From Tubiluchus corallicola (lineage: Eukaryota > Animalia > Priapulida): a stretch of DNA of 64,000 nt. The translations under genes were made by a program, and so were the position numbers. Shown piece after piece: positions 12,701 through 25,100 of this stretch (positions within the stretch are counted from its first letter, which is position 1; every line of letters starts with the position of its first letter). Location of the stretch: positions 452,597 to 516,596 of the forward strand of contig JAQGDQ010000140.1 of the NCBI GenBank assembly GCA_030141605.1. Reading direction: 5' to 3'. Below the pieces are notes generated by a model, which was given only the letters and a program-made list of their open reading frames with translations, did no database searches and was not told the origin of the DNA.

Positions 12701-15700
12701 TTAAAAAAAATAAAATAAAAAGTTCCTAACTAGTAGCAAGTTACACCTCAATAACCCATCAGTATCTACAAAACTGATTATATAAAAAACAAAATTATAC
12801 AATATACAAGGTAAATAGTGCAATTTTGATTCAAAATTTACAGTTTACGAAACCAAGGCTGTAGCTCGTCCACTACCAGTGAATGTAAACTCCTAAAAGG
12901 TAGAACAAACTTTGAGCCAATTTTACTCAATTTTTAAGCACCAATAAAAATTTTAAAATACCAAATAATGTCTTATCAAACCAAGAACTTAGGAACAATT
13001 TTCAAGTTCTGCTTCATAAAGAGTCATCTTTTCCTTTAATAAAATTATCATTAGTTAAGCATAATTGTTTAGCATGTTAAGTAAACAACAGGACGTTCGA
13101 CTTATCGAAATAACCTATAATTCACAGTATGTTATATACGACTTCCTTTATTGCTAATGCCTCTACCAACTAGTAACAAAATTTGGTAATGTAAGACATT
13201 TTTACCATATTTGACCTGGCAGATGTCACCCACCACAATATCACCCACTTGTATCTGGACAGCCTCGCCGCCACGAATAACAGAGAATTTGTGTTCATGC
13301 TCAATCCTGCTCTGCAAGCCACGGAACTGCTTCTCTTTGGAATAGTCTGTAAATGCTGTTACTAGCACCACCACAGCCACAGAAATGAGAATAGCAGCAC
13401 CCTCTATCCATCCAGCCTCGCTCTCACCTTCCTCATGTCCAACTGGAACAAAGAAATTCTCAAAGCTCAAATGCAAAAAATTTGTTATTGAACAATCCTA
13501 GGGGTATCCTTACAAATCAAATCCCAGTTTCCCCACAAACATTTATATTGAGTAAGACTGATTAGTGACTGGAAATCTGTGAACTGTACAAAAACATTTC
13601 TTAATCGAAACATCAAAAATAGAAGTGGACATGGTGATATAGGGATTTGCATACTGCACGTTTTTCCATACAAAACAACACAATAAACAATTTACCATGT
13701 GTTATGATTACGATACTGTACTCATGATACCATGTCAGATGCCTATGTCGCAGTTTACTTTTTTGAGTACAAGTAAGCTAAGTAATATCATACAATGTCA
13801 ATAGCAACGCTTTTAAGATGCGAACTAGCACATTTAGCTTTGTACTTCAACCATATAGATCAACTCAGTTTTGTTTATTTACAACGTGGCGTTTTGCCAC
13901 CACATTGGCCGCATAAAGTGATATGTTATTCTTACAGCTTTAAGCGCTATCAGCCCCGATACCCTTCCGCTGCGAAATGTGACAGACGTACAGATAGGCG
14001 TTTAAACAACTGAGTTCGCATTTTCCTAGTAATAATGGTATTTGGCAGAAAAAATCAACACTATAAATTAGGAAAGGCAATACAAGGTGTTCCAAAAGAA
14101 AGGGTACACTAATAAATGCTATAATCACACCAATACAAAATGCAATGGGGAAGTGAAGTATATGGTAAGAAAATCGGAATAATCATAAAGCAAAAACATA
14201 GGCTCTTTTTATGAGCTCCGTCTGTCATATTTCACGCTGCTTCTGTTTGGAACATCTTGTACAAATCGTTTAAACTTACATTCGTCACCCAAGTCTGCAG
14301 GCGGTTTATAAAATGACAAGCCTAATGATATAACTGCAGCTATCTCTAATATTATTAGCGTGACGTCCTGTAGGGCTTCCCATACTAATTGTAAGAACGT
14401 TTTCGGCTTTTTTGGTGGAATAATGTTAGAACTGTAGACATGCCGCCTGTGTTCCAAATCCGACTCGGATCCGCTGAGGCCTGTAAAAGAAATTACAATA
14501 ATTTAAAAACCCAAAAGAAACATCTTGATTATCAGTAATAAAGTATGTAAATCTTAAGACGGAAAAACTCATCAACATTAAACTAAAATTACGATAATTA
14601 TTCGAATGTGCTTAATTTAAGAAAAACATAACCTATTTATTTTTAATACAATTCTGTATGGACAAGTTGGAAAGCACTCAAAGGCAGGGATCACTCAAAA
14701 TACATTTGCAGGGTCACCAAAACCTGGTTCATTATCAGACTGAATACAGAGTGAATCTATCCATACTTCTGCTGTGATTCCTTGTACAAAACTAAAGGAA
14801 AATACGACGATTTTTCATATCCTACCCCATTTTGAAGTACAGTAAGAAGTATACATTTTAACACCTATAATAATTCTAAAGCACTTCTGATAATTAAATA
14901 ATAGGTTAAAAGCTTAATTAATGGCGGACAAACATAACTAATGATGACATCACAAATGAACATAATTTTAAACAGCACAAAAATACCATGAGCATGTTGC
15001 ACGTGTTCACGAAAACAGAAATTGAAATATAGTGTTACTGTACAACATTCAATGTAATATACAAAAACTCCGCAAATTTTAAGTTTAAAATTCAAATTTA
15101 CCACTATGCTCACGAGCTCTTGAATGTGCGCACTACAACACAACTGAACATCTATGAACTGAGAGCTACAGCACCTGTTTTTAGTGCTACGCACTTCCGA
15201 GATGTAGGTCTTAGTGCCCGTCTAACTAGCAAATGGCAAAATGCATGTAACAGCGAAGAACTAGCTGTGCGAACTCAAAATTACATTTATTTCACATAAG
15301 TCATTCCTGAAGAAAATGGTATGTTGCCTTTCAATATTTTATAGGGTAGATTGTTTTGAGCTACATTTTAGGATTGGGTCCGGTTTTCCTTTAATGTTCA
15401 ACTGTCAGTTTTAATCAAAACCACTGTAAACAACCATAAGAAAAATGTTTTACGTTCTGACACAGAAAAACTTTCACACTGCATAGGATGAAACGAAAGC
15501 ATTACAAGCGATACGGAGGCAGAATAGCACCACCTCATCCTTGCATTATTTCCATATGCATGCACATGCAATAAAATAATTTCGAAATGTCAACCTGTCA
15601 GTATATATTTGGCATCAACAAGAAAACAGTAATTGCACGTGTTGTAAGCCACTAAAATGAAAAATTCACAAAATTGCTGTGCAAGTGTAATCCAAACAAA

Positions 15701-18700
15701 AACAAAGTAAATAATATTTAAAAAAAAAACAGTGAAAATTTTCTTGCTGCATCCAATAATCAATTTTACCTCCTTTTGTTACTGTTGGTTTCATTAGTCT
15801 CTCTATTTTCACACAATTTACATACAGCTGCTTCACCTCTGTATTGTCGCACGAATTGTTTTATGTATATCGCACATGCACCTACGTTCCTTTTTCAAAT
15901 AATTAGCAACTAAAGTTAGCTCTTTATTGTAACCACTGTCCTTTTGCTTGTGATAAACTAAATGTTAGTGTCACTTAAGGTAAAAGTCACTGCAACAAGT
16001 CATCCATCAGTGGCACAAGTTTTGTATATATAGGTTGTCACTGACTTGGGCCGATTGGTCAGAAGATGAATTGGACACAAATCGGACCGGTATATTCAAG
16101 CGGTGCACCCCTACATGTAAGATGTTGTGTGTGTACGCATGCTAAGTATGACCTTGCCTACGAAATAGATGATCATTCAAATTTAGGAGGAAACATGAGT
16201 TACAGTTGGTTTTGTATTATTAATTAATTAAGTTGTGATCCGGTCGTAAGTTGTATAGGTCGTAAGTGGACAACCACCCATACAAAAAATTAGTTCCTGC
16301 TACTGATCATAACTGGAAACCCCAGGCAAGTGTTGGCCAAAGTACTGGTGGTAAAATAAGAAGAAATACTTCTATTCTACTCAATATGTTTTGATAGAAG
16401 CCACAAAAATCAACTAACGACAGCCTCCAACTGCCTAAATATTAAACAGGCTAAGCTCGCCCAGAGATAACACTTGGAACACTATACTAGGCTCTTGGCG
16501 ACTGAATTTTGCCAAACGGTTTAACTACTTGGTCATCAAGAAGCACACAGAAACTAATTAAAGTAAGTATGAGGCAAAGTACTACTTCGATTAAATCTTT
16601 TATTGATTGCAACTACCACAATAAACACTTTCTATCATAGTACATCAGCTTTTGAAATTAAAATTGGAGGCGCTAGTATTGGGAGATAATAAATTAACCG
16701 TTTTCATTTACATCGACAACCAAGTGGAAGTTATTCAACTCGATTCAATTCGAGTTAGGTTTATTCACATGCAAAACACCAGAAGCAACTTATACACTTT
16801 TAATGGGAAAGTTTTATCGAAAGGAAGCTAGTGGCTGATTCTGCATTGCGCTCATTAATTGCTGTCTGTGCGGATTACAGACGTTAAACCGGGTTTGATG
16901 AGACGGCAGACGACATCGGTTCAATTTATTTCTTCGTCAATAAAGCAGATGCAACAACAAAACAAAGTCATTGCCGCATTACGTTGGCAACATCTGCCAA
17001 ACTGCTGACCAAATCTAGTCGGTTGATGGCAATTACCTACAAGTGCACAGCAATAATATCTAGTTGTAGCCACTTTCTGCAAAGATTGACAAGAGCTAGA
17101 TCACAACATGGCCGTTTGCAGACAGAAAGCTAATGGCGGAAGGTCGTCACATTGACTGCTACAGAAAATTATACCATGCCTTGTGGAAGAATACACTATG
17201 GCAAAGAGCCAAAACACATAAAGGGATAAGCATTCATTCTAAAAAAACAGTCAATGCTAGGAGTTGGCTGCAATGTCTCTAGAGAACATGACAGTGTTAC
17301 TTGCAGAATGCAAAAGGCAGAAAGATAGTGTGCAATGTGTTACAAAAAAGAATATTTATCATTTATTCTGTGACACAGTCATTTGAATTGTCTAAATCAC
17401 AGTAAAGAACAGCAATGTCTGATCTAAACAATTTGCCGCTTTTACTGATGGTCGAGTCTCCCAAACAGTTGAGAGGAAGTTCAGGCAAATCCTTGGGACT
17501 GCCAAGTTCATCTTTTGTGATGCTAATTCCTGCCTGGAATTCACTCAAAGCTCTGTAGACCTTATCTATCTAGGAATCTCTGAATTCTGCTGGTCGTGTC
17601 TGTTCTCATCCGTAGAAATCTCATCACCTCTTCTGAGTAAAAGTTGAAGTACCTCAGTAGCACAAGTCATACTTAATGCACTCCCTTACTAACGGTGGAG
17701 CAGGGAAAAATTCCATCATTTGGGTCACTGCTTACCACACAGTTTCCTTTACAAACTGACCACTGGGCTGCTAGCATCCATCTTATTGAACATTTTCTTT
17801 AGCTCAGAGTGCCTTGCAAAATCGAAGGGCTTTTATGAAGATTAACTGAACATAGTGCGATGTTCTTTTGGCTTTTCCGCAATAATCCTCACGTTAAGCA
17901 TTCCATCTCTTGAGCTAATTTTGTTCAGAAAGTGCAAATGTTCAACAATAAACTGCTCTTCGTGAGAGCAGTGGTTAACATTTTCGTTTGTTTCAAAATT
18001 TTTGATGAGAACATAACCGAGCGAGTCATGTTGGTCACTCGTTCAACTCTAGAATCTGTCTTGAAGTTGGACGAAGGTGTTTAAGCCTTTGATGAGAACG
18101 TAATCTCTCTTGTGCTGTTGTGCTAACCAAAGTAACTTTTGAAAATAGCTTGTTTGAAAGTTAAATTTGGAAACAAAGACAACATTATTATTTACACATT
18201 TTCTGCTCCTGGCTCAACTATCAACACGGATGTACTGTATATCGCATGCTGTTGTTTACGTATCCACTATATCATAATGAAAACAACATGGAAAATGTAT
18301 TATTCCATCCACCATTATTCCATGCTAGGTATACACAAGTGCTCACACTCACATGTTAATATATTGACAGCATCGTTTATTCCATATCAATAATGTCGAA
18401 TAACAGTACATCTCTACATGAATGTTTTGCCCGAAATCAATAGGAAATTGCACTTCTTGATCTAAGGGCATGTAACCTTAAAACATACAGTTAAATGAAT
18501 TTAGCTACAACTCAAAAATGGTCAAACTAAAATAATTATGACTCCATTATTACTGTAAAGATAAACACTAAGAAAAACGTGATCAATTGACCAGGTAAAT
18601 TATCTGGAAACATAAGTTGAGGAAAAGGCACAGAAAAGATTTACGTCATACGGAATTAATTGAAAAACATACATTAATGGAGAATGGACTGCAAAAACTC

Positions 18701-21700
18701 ATTAAGATTTTCTTAATTAGTGCAGAAACCCTGCCAGTCATAGTCAGTTTTACCAGGCACGTAGAAAAAATAAGCACTAATGTCACGCAACCCGTGATCA
18801 TGTTGCCAATAGTTTGAATTGAAGCTACTCACTGAGAGGAAAAATTTACCCAATGCTGTTGTCATAGCAACCCTTCTAGTTTGAAGCTGCACATGCAGGA
18901 CTATTTCCTGTACAAATGAGAAAATCTAGACAGAAGGAAGAAATAAAGCTAATATTTAGACAGGATTTTGCTGAGAGAAAGACTTGAAGGTTAGAAACAT
19001 TGAGAAGGAAAACTGCCATGAATATCGAGATTTGCAATCAGAGGAATGGCTGTTCAAACAAGGCAGGATAAAATGCCTTTAATTAAATCTATCCCTTGCT
19101 GGGTATGAGTGGCGTTCCACGAAAACTGTACACGTGAGTTGAACAACTTGAGATAACCAATTAGGTTCCCTAGGAACACAACTAAGTAAAAGCTTCAGTT
19201 TAGAGGACCTGAGTTCTATTCTCCAGCAATGTGAAAGAAAATAAAACACAAAACAGGAGTCCAATTTATTAATCAGCTAGCTGCATGTGCATAGAAATGT
19301 TGGATAAAAACTAATATGCAGGTATATACCGACACCCATGTGCAGGGTGTTCCAAAAGAAACTGTACAATAGTAACAAGAAAAATCATGAGACAAACTTT
19401 AAGAAATGAATTTTCTGCATTTTGTAGAAAATTATCGCACAGCATCTTTATGTGCAGCACTGTTTCTTCCGATCACTCTGCATTGCAACAAAGATAAATA
19501 TGACAATAAAATATACTCTTATAAACTTTCAAACAGCATTCACTCCTCGCTGCAAAATGCAGAAGTTTTCTTCGGTATGGTCATATAAACCCAAAGAGTA
19601 GGTTCTACATTTGGCGTTATACAACAAGATCGTAGGGGTCTTATTATTACTCCACTTTTTGCCCTGACAATTGCGACAATCATCGCGGTATGCTTCGAAA
19701 AACAGATACCATTTGAAATCTCTGGTATGACCCAGCAGAGGAGCAGAACCCAAACCCCGGAATCAAAAGCAGGCACAGAACCGATTGAGTAATCATGTGT
19801 CGCAGTTACTGTTGTAGTTGTATGAAAAGTAATCAGCAGCAGAACTGAGGCATCTTAACTTCTACATGCTTGCCTTTACTGCATAAATATTAGGTTTTGT
19901 CCAGGTCATTTAACCAACCATGGTTAGCAGATCCTTAATGGATGATCAAAGGTAGCAAGTTCGACTCCCACACTGGCTGTTCAGATTTAGTATTGTTCTT
20001 AAGAAATGGCAGCTTGCTGCTTGCACAATGTCCTGATGACTTTGAGAGAAAGACCTGACGTAGAAAGAACAATGATGTCAAGTATATTAACCTGAGTGTG
20101 TGCACTCATGTAGTTCTGTCAGACTTGTAAGCCTGAAGTTTGGTCTCTATTAAAATGGACAGAACTCATCATCGGGTGAAAAAGAAGCAAAGTCATTTAA
20201 AAGAAGAAGCTGGAAATGCATAAGAATAGGCCTTTAGCGATTTTATACAATAGTTGTAATGATGACTTGATTTGTTTACACTGACAATCTGGAATGTCTT
20301 TCAAGTTCTGTCATTTCCGAGAATATGACCTTAGGAACTTACCATGCTCTTCAATTAGCTTAATTAGGTTAATTAAGGCCCTCTTCTCCAAACTATACAT
20401 GGACTACCAAAAAAATGTAACGAGAACAAATAAGGAAGAATCAATGGCAATCATACAACGTGAAGAAAGAGAAAGGAGATCAATGTCGGATTAACCGCAG
20501 AAGGTCCTAATTGGCTCAATCATAACAAAAAACATGACTGACAGAAAGCTGATGATCTTCTGAGGCTTTTAACATACCGAACGCTGATTGATTGACACAT
20601 TTATATAAATAAAAACATGGCACTTTCTCAAGAAATATCCAATCAAGTCGTATGTACACCTTGTAGGGGACGTTCATACTCGTGATTCGAATAAGTATAG
20701 TTAGTACTCTTTTCTGTAGTTATGCTCCGTACACTATTAGGACGCTACCTTATTTGTGTGATATGATTTTATATAAGAATGATGTTGTATGATATTAAAA
20801 TACACAAGTTTGATATGATTTGGCAACACTGTCTGTTTTCAAATTAGATTCCGGAAATTTCTTCATATTTCACGCATATATACTACCCAGTTTTGACAAT
20901 TACATTTTCTTATTAGACATCCAAGTGTAATTAAAAACATCGTTAAGATCTGACAAGACAGAGCAAACAGGAAAGCGAGAACCAGAGTTGCAACACTTGA
21001 CTTCGGACAAGCTCCAGCCTGGGTTTTGCAAGCAAAACACGAAGCTAGAAGCAGACTAACTAAGTATGTAAACAGAGAAATGTTATAAGCAAACAAGGCC
21101 ACCATAAAGAATTGACAACTGTGAGAGACAGAAGCCTGAAACTGGGAGGATTTGTTGTGAAGTGAAGTTGCAAAACTGTTGAATTTAATTCATTTCCTAA
21201 CAGTATGTAAGAAAAATAAATAAAATTTTAAGACGAAGTAAATGTAATGCAAAACAAGGATATTCTGACCTTTTCAAAAACAACAAATTTTGCCTTTGCC
21301 TATTTGAACAATAAGTAGATGACATAGTATTTAAGAGTACAATACGTTTTGCAGATTAGAAATGTTACAGTTCTTATAATAGTAAGTTATAAAAATTACA
21401 AAAGTAAATTTTGCTTAAATTGACAAAACAAGATTATCAACCAAAGACAAAGTACATTTTTCAAAGCACACATTTTAGTTATACCCAATAAAGTTTATTA
21501 AGTAAATTTACAAAAAATCAGATTTTGAAATACAAAGTCAATAAAATGAGCTTCCACATCCAGACATGTACAGAAACTTACAGTACTTCTGCTGATTCAA
21601 ACGTGCTTTTTACGTTTGGAGTAGAACTAATATTTTTCCATTTTCGTTACTTGAAAATGGTTGCTATATATTATACTAACCGTTATTTTTCACTTTTGCA

Positions 21701-24104
21701 TTTTTCCCTCTCTGCCTCTCAAACATATGGCACAAGGATACAACAAAACAACCAGATCATACAAATATGGCCATAGCCGCCATGTGCAAAAAATATGACG
21801 TCACATTTTGGAACTGACGTCACATAAAAAAATGAATTTCGGCAATTCATGCACAACGTATTTTTGCTACCATCATGCAAAAAGTTTTTTACGTCATGTT
21901 AAAAAAATGCCCGCACTTGACTTTTTATAACACATCAGAACAAAAACAAACAACTGACAAAATCCTCATCATTACGATGCGAGTGGTCATTTTGTAAAAC
22001 TGACACTTCAACACAGGACAGGAATTGTTATAGGCACTGAAAAACTAAACCCAGTGATCAATGTGTATGAAGTTTTTTCAATGTAATTACTAAAACTAAA
22101 ACCCTGTGATCAAGGTGTATGAAGTTTTTTTCAATGTAATTACTAAAACTAAAACCCAGTGATCAAGGTGTATGAAGTTTTTTCAATGTAATTACTAAAA
22201 CTAAAACCCAGTGATCAAGGTGTATGAAGTTTTTTTAAATGTAATTACTAAAACTAAAACCCAGTGATCAAGGTGTATGAAGTTTTTTTAAATGTGATTA
22301 CTAAAACTAAAACCCAGTGATCAAGGTGTATGAAGTTTTTTCAATGTGATTACTACTAATCAATGTAATTGCTACTAATTACATCATACCGTGATGTCAT
22401 GTCTCATATACTATCATTACCATAAAGAAAATAACTGCATTGCAGAGTACTACAGAGACAAATGGTTTAATTTTATTATTGACACTTCCTGTTCATTCAA
22501 TGTCACTCTCCTACAATTATTATCACTAGATTTTATACGGCCATAATTGTAGGCTCGAAATCAATGAGTTGGTCAATATTATTCCACGATTACTGACTGT
22601 GAATGGAAACAATAATAACCAATGCAAACATTCCGTTGCGAGATTTTGCGGGGGGAAAAGAAAAATCAACTTTTGGCGGAAAACAAATAAAATAGAAAAT
22701 CAGTTTCACATTATTAATTAATTCATCTGTGAAAATAGCAATGCTGTTTAAATAATAAAATCAATTGTCAGGTCTCCCTAAGTGAACAAAGTATGGTCTA
22801 GATCATACATGAAGTTACCCATTTTTGTTTTAAAAATGAAGAAGGATACATAGGAAAGTATCATTTTGCCACATTTTGTACTGCACTTTAGCTAGACATA
22901 CATGTATATAAGTCAGTACACCGTACTTGTAAACACAGAATTGTCTATGTAGGCTACATTTACATTGCAAATGGGAATGCAGTCAAGGACATATCCCTAC
23001 TATATCTCATAAGTTCGTGTAGTTAAATGTATAAACAAACACTATATCGAGTGTATACATACAATATTTATTCTCATTACAAAAGTATGCAGGCCTAGCT
23101 ATCAACGAAAAAATCCAATTTTCCATTTTTAAGGCTTATTTCATGACCTTTTTAATGCTCATTTTTAAAGATTGTCGGCATTGCTTTGATTAGCGACGGG
23201 ACGATACCAAAATTTCTAACGATTTTCTTAGTGATTCAGATTCCGATTCCTGGATGAATATTATTTTACTGTAAAAGTTTCTCTAAAGTGGTGATACTCG
23301 AAAGTTTCAATATTGTAGTTTGAAAAGTTAATACTTAACGTTATGAGCACAACAGTATAGTGACAGAAAGTATTATATTGTTGATTTTGTCTTGAATTGA
23401 CTCAAGTGAGTTTGAAAATTTCAGGGCAGCAACAATTTCACGAAATAAGAAGCCAGAAGAAAAATCCTGTATTTATAAGCAGCTATTCTAGCGTTACGGA
23501 TGTCTGGTCTGACACTATGAGAAGCACCGAAAATCGAGTAGGGCCTATCAATCTACGAACAAAGTTATTAGCATTTAGAAACCAGTTGCGAGAATTGCCG
23601 AGAACATCAAGTGAATCTCCATAGTAGTATAACGTCATTTTGGGAACGACTGTGTTTCTATACTTTGTTCAAATACCATCTTTGGCAAGCTTTTTAAAGG
23701 CTAAATATGCAAATGACTTTGATGGTCAGATTCAAACTCATGAAGTAAGAACTCAGACTTAGAACCGGACTCAAATAGAGAAGATTTGGGCAGTTAGACT
23801 TCACTGGTAAAAATATACATCCCAATGCTGTTTTGCATCATGTTTATTTCTTGAAATCACTTAAACAGAAATCACTCAAAAAACTGAGTAAAGAGAAAAA
23901 CGATTATTATAATTGGCCCAAGTAATATGATAGTTAACGATAAATACCTTCATTCGGTGATGTGTAGAGTTTTTTACACAATTCTTGCACACCTCCGTAC
24001 GATTCTTGTATCTTTTCGCATGCCTCAGCTCCCCGAAGCTCCATTAAATCTTGGAGCTCCTTCACAGTCACCCCGAACTGCACCGATTTGCTTTCTTCCA
24101 CCAT
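597..24104 (-). CDS. PMCA: Plasma membrane Ca2+-transporting ATPase (P2B), N-terminal 435 aa in 7 exons; 3'-partial (continues left of window)
   Basis: Joined exons give diagnostic PMCA sequence: [162 protein letters not shown]. All junctions are GT-AG and phase-compatible. Confidence 0.97.
1773..1970 (-). mobile_element. tRNA-derived repeat/SINE remnant
   Basis: Minus strand TTGGTAGAGC (A box) and GGTTCAAATCC (B box), poor cloverleaf; the flank ACACTTTTTCTCAAA-TAGC also occurs near 3477. Confidence 0.55.
3733..3975 (-). CDS. PMCA: PMCA coding exon 6 (DETQAEDN...[20 protein letters not shown])
   Basis: ACTTTGTAG|AT acceptor, ATTG|GTAAGT donor; 243 nt; not in ORF track. Confidence 0.93.
4569..5197. 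mobile_element. Non-autonomous piggyBac-type MITE (621 bp)
   Basis: TTAA-CCCTTTCACTACG (4573) ... CGTAGTGAAAGGG (5193)-TTAA: perfect 13-bp TIR with CCC/GGG ends and TTAA TSD. Confidence 0.9.
6632..6673 (-). CDS. PMCA: Putative alternative 42-nt PMCA cassette exon at splice site A ([14 protein letters not shown])
   Basis: Pyrimidine tract TTTGCTTTCCTTTCTTTTGCATG..CATCTTTAG|, donor CAAG|GTTTGA, symmetric phase 1/1, no stop, basic loop-like peptide with EMQ as in vertebrate PMCA site-A region. Confidence 0.65.
10021..10074. repeat. Tandem duplication of a 27-bp palindromic unit
   Basis: ATCTAGGAAATTTTTCCTAGATGCTTA x2. Confidence 0.9.
10164..10822. repeat. 19-bp minisatellite (TCAAAATCAAGCTC[G/C]AGTC), about 34 copies
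   Basis: Register shifts 1 nt per 20 nt; variants CTCGAG/CTCCAG/CTCCGG/CTCTAG. Confidence 0.97.
11158..11295 (-). CDS. PMCA: PMCA coding exon 5 ([11 protein letters not shown]...KEKKKK), upstream border of splice site A
   Basis: CTTTGTAG|GC acceptor, AAAG|GTACGG donor; 138 nt. Confidence 0.95.
12530..12655 (-). CDS. PMCA: PMCA coding exon 4, actuator domain with TGES motif
   Basis: [42 protein letters not shown]; TTTAG|GT acceptor, CTG|GTAAAT donor; 126 nt; not in ORF track. Confidence 0.96.
13206..13442 (-). CDS. PMCA: PMCA coding exon 3 ([14 protein letters not shown]...TM2...DICQVKY)
   Basis: TTTGTTCCAG|TT acceptor, TATG|GTAAAA donor, 237 nt. Confidence 0.95.
14280..14480 (-). CDS. PMCA: PMCA coding exon 2 ([12 protein letters not shown]...TM1...DLGDE)
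   Basis: TTTTACAG|GC acceptor, GAAT|GTAAGT donor, 201 nt, phase 1/1. Confidence 0.95.
14885..15394 (-). mobile_element. Dispersed repeat with TTAA-AGG end (Kolobok-like MITE), copy 1
   Basis: Ends GATTGGGTCCGGTTTTCCTTTAA; co-linear with the copies at 27.8 kb (inverted) and 30.3-30.7 kb; inner boundary approximate. Confidence 0.65.
17250..17760 (-). mobile_element. Highly decayed LINE (RTE-like) RT fragment
   Basis: LSEFQAG...[14 protein letters not shown] resembles the QAGF...FIDFEKAFDSV motif. Confidence 0.45.
19600..19790 (-). mobile_element. SINE copy, same family as 38445
   Basis: Shares TTATTATTAC-CCACTTTT-CCCT and TACCATTT..TGGTAT-AC segments. Confidence 0.5.
22037..22352. repeat. 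52-53-bp minisatellite, 6 copies
   Basis: TAAAACTAAAACCCAGTGATCAAGGTGTATGAAGTTTTTTCAATGTAATTAC; anchors at 22051, 22103, 22156, 22208, 22261, 22314. Confidence 0.95.
23948..24104 (-). CDS. PMCA: PMCA first coding exon ([10 protein letters not shown]...LYTSPNE-G); exon begins at acceptor 24131 with 27 nt of 5'UTR
   Basis: Acceptor TTTCAATTTTTTAG|GGCGG, in-frame TAG shortly upstream of ATG 24104, donor GAAG|GTATTT; 157 coding nt (phase 1). Missed by the ORF track. Confidence 0.93.
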
Positions 24105-24559
24105 CTTGCTCTAATCGTGAGCTAATCCGCCCTAAAAAATTGAAACGAATTACTAAGATATTGTTTCATGCACTTTACGTATCAAAGTCAGGCAACTAAA
24201 GCTATCTAAAGGTAGCAAATGAGAAACAGTCAACACGGGGTTTGAACTTGAACCACAGACTTCTGAATGACAAGCCCAACCAGGCACACAGTCACTTATG
24301 ATCAAGCCAAGGCAGTCTTAATTTAATTATAATAATTCATGAAACAAACCAATATTTCCAAGGGGCTACTGTTACTTCACTCATAATACTTGATACTAGA
24401 GTAGTTATATATAGATTAAATAGATAAACCAAAGTACACCAATCATTAACTGAGAGTTTATTAATGAAGATTATAAAAGAGTTAATTAGCAAGTGCATTA
24501 AAATGAGTATAGAAAATCAGCTATCTTAATAAGCTATTAAGATTAAATGCTGGCCTGCC

Positions 24560-25100
24560 TTGACCACAAGGTTGTGTGTGGCCTAGTTGTTACAGAAGAA
24601 GGTTCCTTGCAATATGAGGCTTCTTGCTTCAAATCTAGACTATACTTTTTCACAATTTGTGTCCCTCTTGATCAACCTTAGTTTCAAAAATTTAACAATG
24701 ATTAGGATTTCACGTTCAATGAATAAACTAGAAATTAGAATTACAAGTGCTCCATTAACACTCAGAAAAATACCAGACACTAGCAGTAGGTCTTCACTGA
24801 AGTGGTGCATTAGCAAAGTTAAAGGTACAAAAATTAGGTACAGTCAACAACAAAATGTGAGACTAACTGCAGACCCATTTGCTCCATGAGATCTTTGATT
24901 CTGTACAAATAAAATGGACACGGCAGCCCCAATGTCTCTTTTGTATAAGGACCAAGAGATTCAAGAGTAACCCATTGGTCTAACTGAAGGAAACTCAAGT
25001 AGAACCAAACCTTGTCCCCAGGTGTTCCAACCAACAATCTATTGGTCTTAATCAGATGGAATCCAATACCTACGAGGTGACAGTTCAACATCAGTCAAAA
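24560..25100 (-). mobile_element. Highly decayed CR1-like LINE 3' fragment
   Basis: GGAACACCTGGGGACAAGGTTTGG resembles frameshifted GVPQGTKLG; weak. Confidence 0.3.

Noticed and set aside
22037-22352. CRISPR-like regular array
   Set aside because: Head-to-tail repeats with no unique spacers, no cas genes, eukaryotic context.
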